Positions 49,007-62,089 of a DNA stretch of 64,000 nucleotides are shown one piece after another. Below the pieces are notes generated by a model, which saw only the letters and a program-made list of their open reading frames with translations, was not told where the DNA came from and ran no database searches. The stretch comes from Phyllobates terribilis (Eukaryota), in the NCBI RefSeq assembly GCF_046119375.1, contig NW_027362767.1, forward strand, positions 255,688,001 through 255,752,000, written 5' to 3'. The position numbers were made by a program, and so were the translations under genes. The stretch's first letter is position 1, and each line of letters opens with the position of its first letter.

Positions 49007-52000
49007 TCACATGTCTGGTATCATCCAATGTAAGAACTTCATAGAAGCCTCAAATCCAAGAAAACAAGCCTGAAAGATAAAAATAACCAAAATAAACTGA
49101 GCTGGGAATCTCCGTGTTTTGCCCCCATAGACTAGTGTTGGTTATTTCAACTGTGTTCATCCAGAGCTGCCGGGTTCACTAATATAATCCCAGAACTACA
49201 GGACTGGAAGGATTCACTGATTTGGCTGTCTGTATCTTTCAGCTTCTGCACTCACCGCGTTGGCTGGGAAGGCTCGTAACATGGCCGCTGTGAACCCCTT
49301 GTACAGTCCTCGGGGTCCCTCATCTCGCAAGACTTCTCTGATGACATCCAGGACACCCCGGTACCGGCTGTCAGGAGCTGCAATAAGACGGTAGAAGGCA
49401 TTAGATAGAGACAATGTCACCTCGTCCTGTGCTGTTTTTTTTCTGTATTGTGCAGCTAAGGCTTAAAGGGATCCCGACAGAGATAATCACTTTCCGATCA
49501 CATCCCCAATCAGCTGATCGTCCCCGGGGTATCATGGCTGCCCAGGCAGTTTCCTTGCAGTGGCTACTACAGGGGAAATGTGGTATTACATCATGGTCAT
49601 CCAGACGAATGGCTGGTCATGTAATAATGGCTGGAGTCCTCCTCGGTGGGAACCCCTCATACAGAATCAGACCGGAAAATAATTAATTGGAGTCGCTCTA
49701 TTCACCTGTCTGGAAACGTGACTTGAGCACATCCATAGGAATGGCCACTACCCAGTTGCAGATGCCGGCCATTCCTCCGGCCAGGAGGATCCGTGCAACG
49801 GTGAGGTCACGGGCGCTGTGGAAGAAGAGGGTGGTGAGCGATGTAGTATAGAGTCAGCTATACTTTGTATTATAGGACTACTGCCCTCATTCTCCCACCC
49901 GGGATCCATATACCAATGTATCTACATCACCACTGCTTACCTTCCTCTGTCTGGTGTCATTTTATCCTTCATCCATTCATAGCTCATAAAATACATGCCG
50001 GTGGCTGGGATATCTTAATGAGGAAAGTAACTTGTTAAAGGGACATTCCCGTTTCTAACAGACATTTATGACATTTTATTAAAGGGATGCTCCATGTTCC
50101 GCTCTCCTCTTTTGGTAGACAGGATCACTATAAGCCCACATTCACACATTCAGTATTTGGTCAGTATTTTACATCAGTATTTGTAATACAAAACCAGGAG
50201 TGGGTGATAAATACAGAAGTGGCTACGTGTTTCTATTATACTTTTCCTCTGATTGCTCCACTCCTGGTTTTGGCTTACACATACTGATGAGAAATACTGA
50301 TAGTGTGACCATAGCTTAATTGTTATGATCGGTGGAGAACCTAGCAGCAAGTGTTCGGTTCCCCTGCAGCGCTGCCATTGGCAACATGAGGCATTGCATG
50401 GTGTCCACCAAAATAAACGTATAGATATGATGGGTCCTCCAGGGGCACTCAGACTTTTTTCCACTCCAGCTAAATGATGGAGGTCCAGATGTGGCCTAGG
50501 AAGAGCAGTTACTGTGGCCCCTCATCGGCTCTCCCAGCAGTTTATACTAGTTTACATTTAGCAACTTCTTTTAGGATGAGACCAGACGGTGCACCTGAAT
50601 ACACAGGACCGAGCTGTGCCACATGTGACAAATGGCGGCTCAGTGTAAAGCCCAAATCATGAGGGTATTGCTTGCCACATGCATTTAGCACATTTTGGTC
50701 TCATTCTTAGGTGGAATTCGGACGTCCATATATCACGGTCTGAGTACGGATGACGAATCATGGACTATCCGTGGGTCTCCCTACTTGAACTGACAGCCTC
50801 ACCCGTGGCCGGTCTGTGCACTGTGGTCCAGTCTTGGACATCTGGATTTGGCTTTAGGCTCCCCCCTCCCCGTTCCACACCTATACACTAATTTGCAAAA
50901 CAGACAAACACCCACACTGACAGCAAGAAGCCATGCCCTACTACTATCTAGCAAGTGGAGACAAGCATACTGTCGGGGGGTCAGAGCGTCCTCTTGGCTG
51001 TGTGCCCCAGCGCTGCATCTTCAGGGGTTGGGCTTTTGGGAGGAAGAGAGGAATGGCTGCAGTATTTACTTTTCCCTAAAAGTATTAAATTCACAATCCA
51101 TCTGTGCCCCAACATCATCCGCCAGAGGAGATTTGGGGGTCATAGTGCATATAGGGTATTCTGGTGGACCCACCTAAAGTTGTTTGGTGTGGTCAACGTT
51201 TCCCTTACAATGGTTGTTTGGATTAGGAATGCCCTTTCCATATCACAGGTTCCCCCTTACCCTCCGCAGTGGATCATTGCTGTGCAGGTCCCAGTCCTGG
51301 AGCCATCTGCTTGGTGCAATAATTAAAGGGTGGTCCCATTTAGTAAAGTGATTGCATAGTGCTAGGATATATGGTCACTTTATGATCAGTGGTGGTCTGA
51401 CTGCCGCTACCCCCATTCACTGGCACAGGCCCTGGCTGCAGCTCCCTGCACAGCAAGTGCTACAGTGCAGTGAATAAAGCAAAGGGGAGACAGCCAGTTG
51501 TGTGGCCCTTCATCCTTAGGATCTCCATCTTCCCCACCGATCGTACAGTATTGGTGTATCTTGTGCTATTGCCTCACCTTAGGAGATGAGAATACCTCCT
51601 TACATGCTCATTTTACATTTAGATAAGCTTCAGGAATAGTGGCGCGCTGCTTGGTGCCCATTAAAATCTGCATGGACCAGAGGTCCCTAATGAAAAGCAT
51701 ATTATTTCAACATGTTGGTAGCTACCTCTCAGGAGGGTAAGTACAGCACCCCTGTACAAGCTTCGGATACCCTGCTCCTGGAACAGCTGCCTGGCACAGT
51801 CTACAGGCCCCGAATATCTCTTCAGTGAACTGTTCGCCTGAGCCTGAAAACGAGAGAGAAGGGGATGGTTTGGGCACAGCTGATCATGTAGCTCAGTGGT
51901 GTGCCAGCTGTAGCAAAACTACAACTCCCAGCATGCCCTGCCATCTTGTACACCACTGATGTAGGATCAGGATCTGCAGGACTTGTATACGTTACCTGCA

Positions 52001-55000
52001 GCAGGCACTTGATCCTTTCAGCAGGTACTACGATTATGGCAGCGCACAGTCCTGCCAGCATCCCCGCCGAGAACACCTGGTGCGGTCTGGGGTGGAGGCA
52101 TCAGAGAAAATAAAATATAAAAAAATCAGACATCAGTGTAAGATAACAGATTATTTCTTATTTTTTAGCTTTCCCAGTGTCGTCAGCCCGCATATCCTGC
52201 ATTACCACTGCATGGTTAGGAAAGCTGGCCGCTCAGAAGTCTCGGAAAGTCAGGTGCAACACGTGAGGATATTGGTTGTCATCCAGTTTATCCAGTGTCG
52301 GCAGCCCGGATATCCTGCATTACCACTGAATGGGTAGGAAAGCTGGTCACCCAGCTTTCCCAGAAATGGATTTAACTAAAAACTGTCTGGATGAAATCAT
52401 TAGGAAATCTGCAATCTCACCTCAGTATTTGTTGGGGCTGTTTCTGTTGTAGCTTCTTCCCCAGACTGAAGCCAAAAAACGTCATTGCCATTATTGGGGT
52501 CACTCCAGCCAGAGGGGCCCCCATCCCTTTATAAAGACCCCAAAGTCCCTGATGGAGGAAAGGAAACAATTGTGAGGTTACACTCCAGACACAGCTGCTT
52601 GGTATGGAGAGTAAGTACGGGGGCAAACATCGGGCTACACTCCTCCCAAATTCTCCGTACTGGGGGTATAAAGCATACGGCTGCAGCCTGTTCATGATAG
52701 GAGCCGATATATATTATTAGGGATCAGGCCGGGCGCTGATTTAGCCGGGGAACAGAGAGACATCCGAGAAGACGATTTCTATCTCTGCACAAAAGCAGCA
52801 TTTTGCTAAATGTTTTTAATGTGTAGATACAAACTGAGTAATTTCACTCATTTTCTTGTTTGCAAAAATGCTGTATTTTTATTTTTGTGTTATCTTTTTC
52901 TCACTTTTTTGCCCATTTTTGTCTGGATTTTATTCTTGTGTATTGCCATAATGTCAGGTTTTTATTCTGCATGACGATAACAGATTGTTTTTTTTAAATC
53001 AAATTTTCATATATTTGTAGATGGCGTCCGTGTGCTGTTCAGTTTTTTTCATAATCCCATTGACTTGAGTGAGCAATGTCTCCGTTCAAGGCAATGTCCA
53101 TGAAAAGAAGAAACCACGGATGTCCTCAACCAGAGAATATAATCGTTTCATGTTCTTTCCATTAAAAAAATTACCTGCGCAGTAGACCCGTGTGTGGGGA
53201 TCTGGCCGTCTGTGCGCATCAGGCCTGTGTGGGGGGATCCGTCCGTCCGTCTGTGCACATCAGACCTGTGTGTGGGGATCCGTCCGTCCGTCTGCGCACA
53301 TCAGACCTGTGTGTGGGGATCCGGCCATGTGTGGGGATCCAGCCGTCTGTGCACATCAGACCTATGTGTGGGGATCGGTCCGTCTGTGCGCATCAGACCC
53401 GTGTGTGCAGATCTGGCCGTCTGTGCGCATCAGGCCTGTGTGTGGCTATCCGTCCGTCTGCGCACATCAGACCCGTGTGTGGGGATCCGGCCGTCTGTGC
53501 ACATCAGACCTGTGTGTGGAAATCGGTCCGTCTGTGCGCATCAGACCCGTGTGTGGGGATCCGTCCGTTCGTCTGCGCACATCAGACCTGTGTGTGGGGA
53601 TCCGGCCATGTGTGGAGATCCAGCCGTCTGTGCACATCAGACCTATGTGTGGGGATCGGTCCGTCTGTGCGCATCAGACCCGTGTGTGCAGATCTGGCCG
53701 TCTGTGCGCATCAGGCCTGTGTGTGGCTATCCGTCCGTCTGCGCACATCAGGCCTGTGTGTGGGGATCCGTCCGTCCGTCTGTGCACATCAGACCTGTGT
53801 GTGGGGATCCGTCCGTCCGTCTGCGCACATCAGACCTGTGTGTGGGGATCCGGCCATGTTTGGGGATCCAGCCGTCTGTGCACATCAGACCCGTGTGTGG
53901 AGATCTGGCCGTCTGTGCGCATCAGGCCTGTGTGTGGCTATCCGTCCGTCTGCGCACATCAGACCCGTGTGTGGGGATCCGGCCGTGTGTGAATATCCGG
54001 CCGTCTGTGCACATCAGACCTGTGTGTGGAAATCGGTCCGTCTGTGCGCATCAGACCCGTGTGTGGGGATCCGTCCGTCCGTCTGTGCACATCAGACCTG
54101 TGTGTGGGGATCCAGCTGTCTGTGCACATCAGACCTGTGTGTGAGGATCGGTTCGTCTGTGTGCATCAGACCCGTGTGTGGGGATCCGGCCGTCTGTGCC
54201 CATCATACCCGTGTGTGGGGATCCGTCCGTCTGTGCCCATCATACCCGTGTGTGGGGATACGGCCGTCTGTGCACATCAGACCCGTGTTTGGGGATCCGG
54301 CCGTCTGTGCACATCAGACCTGTGTGTGGGGATCCGGCCGTCTGTGCACATCACACCCGTGTGTGGGGATCCGGCCGTCTGTGCACATCAGACCTGTGTG
54401 TGGGGATCCGGCCATGTGTGGGGATCCAGCCATCTGTACACATCAGACCTGTGTGTGGGGATCCGTCCGTCTGTGCGCATCAGACCCGTGTGTGGGGATC
54501 CGTCCGTCTGTGCACATCACACCCGTGTGTGGGGATCCGGCCGTCTGCGCACATCAGACCTGTGTGTGGGGATCCGGCCATGTGTGGGGATCCAGCCATC
54601 TGTACACATCAGACCTGTGTGTGGGGATCCGTCCGTCTGTGCGCATCAGACCCGTGTGTGGGGATCCGTCCGTCTGTGCGCATCAGACCCGTGTGTGGGG
54701 ATCTGGCCGTCTGTGCGCATCAGACCCGTATGTGGGGGGGACCGTCCGTCTGTGCACATCAGAACCGTGTGTGGGGACGCGGCCGTCTGTGCACATCAGG
54801 CCTGTGTGTGGGGGGATCCCGTCCGTCTGTGCACATCAGACCTGTGTGTAGGGATCAGTCCGTCTGTGGACATCAGACCTGTGTGTGTGGAAATCGGTCC
54901 GTCTGTGCGCATCAGACCCGTGTGTGGGGATCCGTCCGTCCGTCCGTCTGTGCACATCAGACCCGTGTGTGGGGATGCGTCCGTCTGTGCACATCAGGCC

Positions 55001-57992
55001 TGTGTACGGCGATCCTATATTACATGGTAATCTTGTCCATATGCCGAGTGTTATGTTTTAAAAGGGAACTGATCTCGGTCTCCTTCCTCCTGCAGATCCC
55101 GCCCAGCGTCATACCGTGGGCTTGCTGTCTGGGACGAGGGGGTGCGAGCTCCTATGTCACTACTCAGTGAGTCATATACAGCGGAGGGAGGGAGCAGAGC
55201 GCAGACTGGGGCTCGGGATTTTGAGGTAAGCTGCAGGAAGCCAGCGGATATACTGCCTGTGAATGTCTCGGTATAGTGCCCCCTGTAGTGTCCTATATCG
55301 TCAGGCACCGCTGTGTCACCCTGTGTATTCTGCACTGTATGGCAGCGTCCCCTCTGTTACCCTCCGTCTCTTATAAGTGCAAATAAGAGATGCCAACTCT
55401 GCCATTGACCTCAGCCCAGAAAACGAGTGATTCCTAAAGGACACGGCCCTGACTTTCTGGAAAGTGATGTCAGGGACTCTGCTGATCCCATGACTTCTGA
55501 TTCTGAGGATTGCTTTGGTTGGATTTCCCTGTGAGCAGATTTGCAGCACACGACAAATACCCCATGAACGCCAGACACACAGGATTCAGCTGTCAGGAGG
55601 GATGGGGTCGCTAAGCCACCAGCACGCCATTATGCGGCTAAGGATTAGTGTCCCAATCCTGTCCGTGTCACATGTACTCGCTGGACTCCTCTCCACAGCT
55701 CTACTTGGAAATGCATAAATCATTTTACTACATAATGTCAGAACGGTAGGGTCTGACATGGGCATGCTGGGATCGCTGTCCCACAATACGGCAGGGTCTG
55801 AAATGGGCATGCTGGGATCGCTGTTCCCCGATCCTTTTGCTTCCTTGACACCTGGGGAAAGTCTGGGATCCGCTCATCTCTGCCCTTAGGAAATAACGTG
55901 CACTTTTAGGTCCGATTAATAATTTACACATACATCCAATATAACATAGGCTTTAAGCTGATCCGCCATAACTTGCCTTTCGGGTGATTTCATGGGAGGA
56001 TCAGGTTCATAACTGTTGGCCAAAAGATTATTCTTCCATCTATATAGTATGTCTATTTATCATCCAGATTATCTGCGCCCAGCGGCCATGCACAGGATCA
56101 GCGGCCCCTCCGTGCACACACAGGCGGGGGGCGGCACAGCTGATCTTCCGTGTCACTTGGTGCCATCTGCTCCTCCTTGTGCACTTAGACATCCCTCTCT
56201 TCTGGGAAATGATGAGTGGGGTTCTGATTTCTGGGATATTTATATTTAGGGTATGTTCACTTGTAACTTATTTTTTTTTTCTGCATGGAGGACTATGGCC
56301 TGAAGCTGTCACAGAATGTATGCATGTTTCACCTCTTTGGTGGTAACCCATTCTCATCTCAATGGGGGAAAACAGCTGTAAAAACGCTGAAAGAATTGAT
56401 GTGTGCACAAGCACTAAAGGGGGCTGCAGCAGTGATTTAGCGCTGTTGATCCCCCACTGTGTTCCTGGCAGAGCTGCGCTCCTGGTGCCCCCTGCTGTGC
56501 AGAGAACTGGAGCCAGGTGCACTCTAGTGGAAGTGTGCTGAAGTTCCCTGCACAGCGGGTGCGCACGGTGGTGGTCTCCGAGCTATGCCTATATCTCTCA
56601 GTATCACTCATCTCGGCCCCCTCTTCCTAGGTTGCCCTGTGGTCTCTCGGCCATATTCACCTGTTGGGAGAGGATCTTGCGAAAACAATCCCCGGTGCTG
56701 ACATACTGCGGCTTCTGTCCTCCCGCCGGCCGAGCCTGGATCTGTAGATTCACCTGGACACACAGGTATTACACAGGTAAATGGGGACAGGTTGGGGCGA
56801 TATCTCATCTGATTTGACTGTCGCAGATATAGCAATTCCCTAATTTATTCCTAACACGGCAATCGCTTCCTGTACAGAATTACAAGGGAATCTCCCGGGT
56901 TCCTCCTGGCACCAGAGGAGCGACTCCTGCTTATAAACCTCTGTCCTTATATAATGAAACTCTCATGCGCTTTGTTTCAATTCCTGTTTGCTGTCAGTGA
57001 ATGGGATCATTGTTAGATGATTAGAGGCCACAAACACCCAACACCCTGGTCACACCAATGGCTTTTGTTCACCGTACACAAATGGGCAGCATATCCCTCT
57101 ATATGGTAGGTAGTGGGATATATCACCCATGGGGTCCCATGTATAAGAAAAAGTGCCTTTTTTATGGTTCACAGGCCAACCGAAGGTCAAAAGGACACTT
57201 ATTTTTGGCCTCCTTCAGATGAATAGATCCGTATGATTCGTCAGGAGCTCTTCCCTGTGTACACTCTTAGTCTTAGCCCCATACACTTCATATTTTACCC
57301 ACAACCGCAGCGATCTCTATCCTGACCTCAAGTATTGGCTCTAAACCCGTGCTCCTATTCACTGACTGCAAGCAGACGTCTTCAAAGTAGTTGAAGAAAT
57401 TCCAAAGTTTTCTTTTATATAACGATGAAAGGGGTATCTCGTCTTATGTCCCACCCATATGGTGACACTTTGAGATGGGAATGAATGAACACTTGGTTGG
57501 GAGGTCGGCGCGCCATTATTTATTACTTGGTTGGCGGTGGGCAGACGTGTGTTTTTGGCTGATAATGACACTTCAAGAGCTGAGATAAGACACAAGTCCC
57601 TCCATGTCTGCCTGTGCTTCTTATAGCTGCAGTACGGGGGTAAGTACTATAAGGTGGGCCGCAGTGATGTGTGACTATGTGCCGCCTGCCATTGATCAGA
57701 CATTGCAATGAATTCAACATAGGACTTAGGGATTGTCCAGGATTGAAAAACAGCGCCTCCCTTGTCTGTGGGTTGTGTCTGTTATTGCAGCTCCATTAAC
57801 ATAAATAGGACTAAGCTATGGAGCAGGGAACGGAGCCGGGTGACATGGGGTAAAAGGATATGTTCCCATCTTGGCACTCACCTTGACGGTGTCCATGGGC
57901 TGTCCGGCCAGGGTGAGGCACACACCTCCCACACCTCCAGACACAAAGTGCTTGACGTAGGCCAGCGGGTGACTTCCATGCTCGGAGGTCAT
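49007..57992 (-). CDS. SLC25A20-like mitochondrial carnitine/acylcarnitine carrier, 9 coding exons, 302 aa (probably a paralogue rather than the SLC25A20 orthologue)
   Basis: Exons (-): 57992-57882, 56753-56661, 52548-52421, 52086-51996, 51843-51726, 50013-49941, 49815-49706, 49377-49256, 49069-49007. All GT-AG; total 909 nt. Three PX[DE]XX[KR] signatures (PMDTVK, PAERIK, PMDVLK) and the segments [28 protein letters not shown]. Exon sizes closely follow human SLC25A20 as recalled. Confidence 0.92.
50134..50316. mobile_element. Short Harbinger-like MITE
   Basis: TAA on both sides; imperfect TIRs ...TCACACATTCAGTATTT / AAATACTGATAGTGTGA...; internal CCAGGAGTGG / CCACTCCTGG complementarity. Confidence 0.55.
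53185..55008. repeat. 37-41-bp minisatellite in SLC25A20-like intron 2
   Basis: Unit GTGTGTGGGGATCCGGCCGTCTGTGCACATCAGACC(C/T) plus variants; it explains the 266-553-aa periodic ORFs. Confidence 0.95.
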
Positions 57993-58504
57993 GTATGTGA
58001 CTTCAGTGAGCTCCTGCTGACTGCCTGTGTCTCCGAGAGGTTGCCGCCACTGGGTGTGAGAGATGACACAAGGGGGATTGCAGATAAGCGAGCTCTCCGG
58101 AGACACCACGCTGATGGTGGAGGATGCTGATAGCGTGCAGGGTGTGCTAGCTGGGGAGTCCTGGTGCATGTGGCCCCGAGGGACGTGCTACCAGCTGTGT
58201 ATGAGCATATTGGTTGTGTGTTGTGGAGCGGCAGATGCCGTTGTGTGTAGTCCGGGGGGCCGCAGCTGATGTAGAAGCGTGCTCGGTCTTCTCAGTGAGC
58301 TCCCCGGGGCTGTGTGGCTGTTTGCACTGCTGTACAGAGCTTTCGCCAAACAGGTTAAAGTCCATAAATGAAGCAAAATGATTACTGTACAACCTGTACA
58401 GAGTCCCCGACACAGAAGAACAGAACTGCAGCAGTTCTCAGCGCCAGGCTTGTACAGAAGTGATGACCGTGAGTCCTCTGTATTATAGGGACCTCTAGAC
58501 GATC

Positions 58505-60337
58505 ATGGGCAGCTGGTGCCACTTCCTCGTCCTCTGCACCGTGTGGCCCTGCGTGTGGCCCTTCAGGATCTGCGCTTTCAATGGCCACCACTTCGGGGAG
58601 AAAAAAGCCGCCAATAACGATATCCTGAACGCTGTGGTCAAGGTAAGAAGGGGGGGGGGGGGGTCTGATTCAAAGACTAAAACGGGACTTCAGTGGGCGG
58701 AGAGGTGATTGGACCCGCACGCGGGCAGTTTCACCCATAGGATGCGAGATTTTTGCCCTTAGTTCTCATGTTATCTGCACAGATCATCCGGCGATGTGAC
58801 ATCTTCCTGCTGCAAGAAGTACATGACGCCAAGGGAATCGCCATGTCCAAACTTATGGCTGCCCTCAACAGGTGAGGAGGTTCATGGGTAAGAAGCAGAG
58901 TTGGGAAATGTCAGGCTTGTGTTAACCCTTTCTTTCTCCGCACAGGCCAGAGGACTTGTACTTGGCTGTGAACAGCCCTCCGCTAGGGCGCAAGTCCTAC
59001 ACAGAACAATACGTCTTCATATACAAGTGAGTGCTAAGAGAGATCCCGTTTCCTGTACGCAGCTCCAGTGCAGACCTATGTGTCTTCTTGGCAACAGACA
59101 ACAAGCAAATTCTGTGCAGTCTGACACCTCCGTCCTAGGTCCTCTCCCTATTACTGTCCTACTGATCATACATGTGACTGGAAGCTCAGACTACACGGAA
59201 CTTGTTTGTAGTCTGTTACCATGGTGATGAAGACACAAAAATGTCAGTTGTGTTCTGAGATCTATTGCAGAGTTGATTTTTTTAAATTAATTTGGATTTA
59301 AAAAATGTGGTTGTGAAGGTGTTCACAAAGGTTTATGAGGACATGTATCCGCCCGCCATACACATGCATGCTCACTTCAGCCCAGTGTGCATGTGTAGAA
59401 GGAGGGAGTCAGCCGCTACTAGACCACTATGACCGCGGCTTCTCTCCCTGAGAACAGAAGTATCAGACCGTTGTAATCTAGCGACCCCGTCCTTGCTAAT
59501 GTCCGGGAGAGTCAGGAGGCCCCATACACATGAGATGGATGGAGTCGTGCCCAGCTCCCTGCACCACGCTGATATTTTGAGGATATCCCCTCGTAGGTCA
59601 TTCAAGATCTCGGTGACCGATCAGTACAAATATCCAGATGATGATCCAGCCGCTCCTGACGTGTTCGCCCGAGAACCGTACATCGTTCGCTTCGCTCTGG
59701 AGTCGACAGGTCAGTGATCGGGATGAGCCGAGACGTCGCACCTTCACTCATCACGTGTATAGATCACAGGGATCAGCGGCTGCGGGAGGGCTGTAACGCT
59801 TCTCTCTCTGTAGATCTGCAGGATCTGGTCATAATCCCGCAGCACACAGAACCAGAAAAAGCTGGCACCGAACTTGAAGCTCTTTATAACGTCTTCATGG
59901 ACGTCCGAAAGCGCTGGAGCTGTAAGGTAGGCTTAAAGGGGTTGTCCAGATCCTTTATATTCATGACCTATTATTGGTGTGTGTAGGGAGCTGAGTCGTG
60001 ACATTCTAACAGCCGGACTCCGGCTTTGTCCTCCTCGTATGAAATCGGTGAATAACGTCACTCCCATCGATGTCTTATCCCCATAGTCGATACTTCTAGG
60101 TTCCATCGTGTCGTTCTCTTCATTGCTCCATTGTTTTCACAGATCAATAGGTTTAGACTTTACTATTAATTCTCAACAGAACATTATTTTAATGGGAGAC
60201 TTTAACGCCGGCTGCAAGTACCTGTCCAAGAAGAAGACAAAGTCCCTCCGTTTATACACAGACCGAGACTGCCACTGGCTGATTAGTGACAGCACCGACA
60301 CCACGGTGAAAGAGAGCACCATTTGCGCGTACGACAG
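58505..60337 (+). CDS. DNASE1L1: Deoxyribonuclease 1-like 1, first six coding exons (remaining exons not found in the window)
   Basis: Exons (+): 58505-58642, 58783-58871, 58946-59026, 59597-59709, 59814-59926, 60180-60337, all GT-AG and in phase. Signal peptide, then FRICAFN, RCDIFLLQEV, LGRKSYTEQYVFIY, DVFAREPY, PQHTEP (catalytic His), ILMGDFNA and DTTV...CAYDR. The paralogue assignment rests on synteny with TAFAZZIN and ATP6AP1. Confidence 0.85.
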
Positions 60338-60460
60338 GTGAGGGGATCACTACACCGGGGGCGGACACGCACAGCAAAGGACCCCTGTGCCATGCACAAG
60401 CATATGTACGATACATACGTGCAGATGAATAAACACAATACACACACATGTGTATATATA

Positions 60461-62083
60461 CAGTGCATTGTGAAAGTATTTGGCCCCCTTGAACTTTTCT
60501 ACCTTTTGCCACATTTCTGGCTTCAAACATGAAGATATAAAATTTTAAATTTTTTGGGAAGAATCAACAAGTGGGACACAATCGTGAAGAGGAACGAAAT
60601 TTATTGGATATTTTAAACTTTTTTAACAAATTAAAAACTGAAAAGTGGGGCGTGCAATATTATTCGGCCCCCTTGAGTTAATACTTTGTAGAGCAACCTT
60701 TTGCTGCGATTACAGCTGCAAGTCGCTTGGGGTATGTCTCTATCAGTTTTGCACGTCGAGAGGCTGAAATTCTTGCCCATTCTTTCTTGCAAAACAGCTC
60801 GAGCTCATTGAGGTTGGATGGAGGGCGTTTGTGAACAGCAATTTTCAGCTCTTTCCACAGATTCTCGATTGGATTCAGGTCTGGACTTTGACTTGGTCAG
60901 TCTAACACCTGGATACGTTTATTTTTGAACCATTCCATTGTAGATTTTGCTTTATGTTTGCGATCATTGTCTTGCTGGAAGATAAATCTCCGTCCCAGTC
61001 TCAGTCTTTTGCAGACTCCAACAGGTTTTCTTCCAGAATGGTCCTGTATTTGGCTCCGTCCATCTTCCCATCAATTTTAACCATCTTCCCTGTCCCTGCT
61101 GAAGAAAAACAGGCCCAAATCATGATGCTGCCACCACCATGTTTGACAGTGGGGATGGTGTTTTGAAGGTGATGAGCTGTGTTGCTTTTAAGCCAAACAT
61201 ATCGTTTCGCATTGTGGCCAAAAAGTTTGATTTTGTTTTCATCAGACCAGAGCACCTTATTCCACATGTTTAGTGTGTCTCACAGGTGGCTCGTGGCAAA
61301 CTTCAAACGAGACTTTTTATGGATATCTTTGAGAAATGGCTTTCTTCTTGCCACTCTTCCATAAAGGCCAGATTTGTGCAGTGTACGACTGATTGTTGTC
61401 CTATGGACAGACTCTCCCACCTCAGCTGTAGATCTCTGCAGTTCATCCAGAGTGATCATGGGCCTTTTGGCTGCATCTCTCATCAGTCTTCTCTTTGTTT
61501 GAGATGAAAGTTTAGAGGGACGGCCGGGTCTTGGTAGATTTGCAGTGGTCTGATACTCCTTCCATTTCAATATGATCGCTTGCACAGTGCTCCTTGAAAT
61601 GTTTAAAACTTGGGAAATCTTTTAGTATTCAAATCCAGCTTTAAACTTCGCCACCACAGTATCTCGGACCTGCCTGGTGTGTTCCTTGGTCTTCATGATG
61701 CTCTCTGCACTTGAAACAGAACCCTGAGACTATCACAGAGCAGGTGCATTTATAGGAGACTTGATTACACACAGGTGGATTCTATGTATCATTACCAGTC
61801 ATTTAGGACAACATTGGATCATTCAGAGATCCGCACTGAACTTCTGGAGTGAGTTTGCTGCACTGAAAGTAAAGGGGCCAAATAATATTGCACACCCCAC
61901 TTTTCAGTTTTTAATTTGTTAAAAAAGTTTAAAATATCCAATAAATTTCATTCCACTTCACAATTGTGTCCCACTTGTTGATTCTTCCCAAAAAAAAAGA
62001 ATTTTATATCTTTAAGTTTGAAGCCACAAATGTGGTAAAAGGTAGAAAAGTTCAAGGGGGCCAAATACTTTCACAATGCATTG
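60461..62083 (-). mobile_element. Tc1-family transposon, full length, transposase (61696-60678) with several stops
   Basis: TA-flanked long TIRs CAGTGCATTGTGAAAGTATTTGGCCCCCTTGAAC; peptide MKTKEHTRQVRD...GRPSKLS...WSDENKI... Confidence 0.93.
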
Positions 62084-62089
62084 TATATA

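Noticed and set aside
53190-55170. Long ORFs of 266-553 aa rich in Cys/Val
   Set aside because: Several overlapping frames are open only because the 37-41-bp minisatellite lacks stops. It is intronic and the peptides are periodic.
57236-57250. Other CTGANGA matches (e.g. - strand ~57240, + strand ~39689 and ~50285)
   Set aside because: No stem II and GAAA box at the right spacing, so these are not hammerheads.
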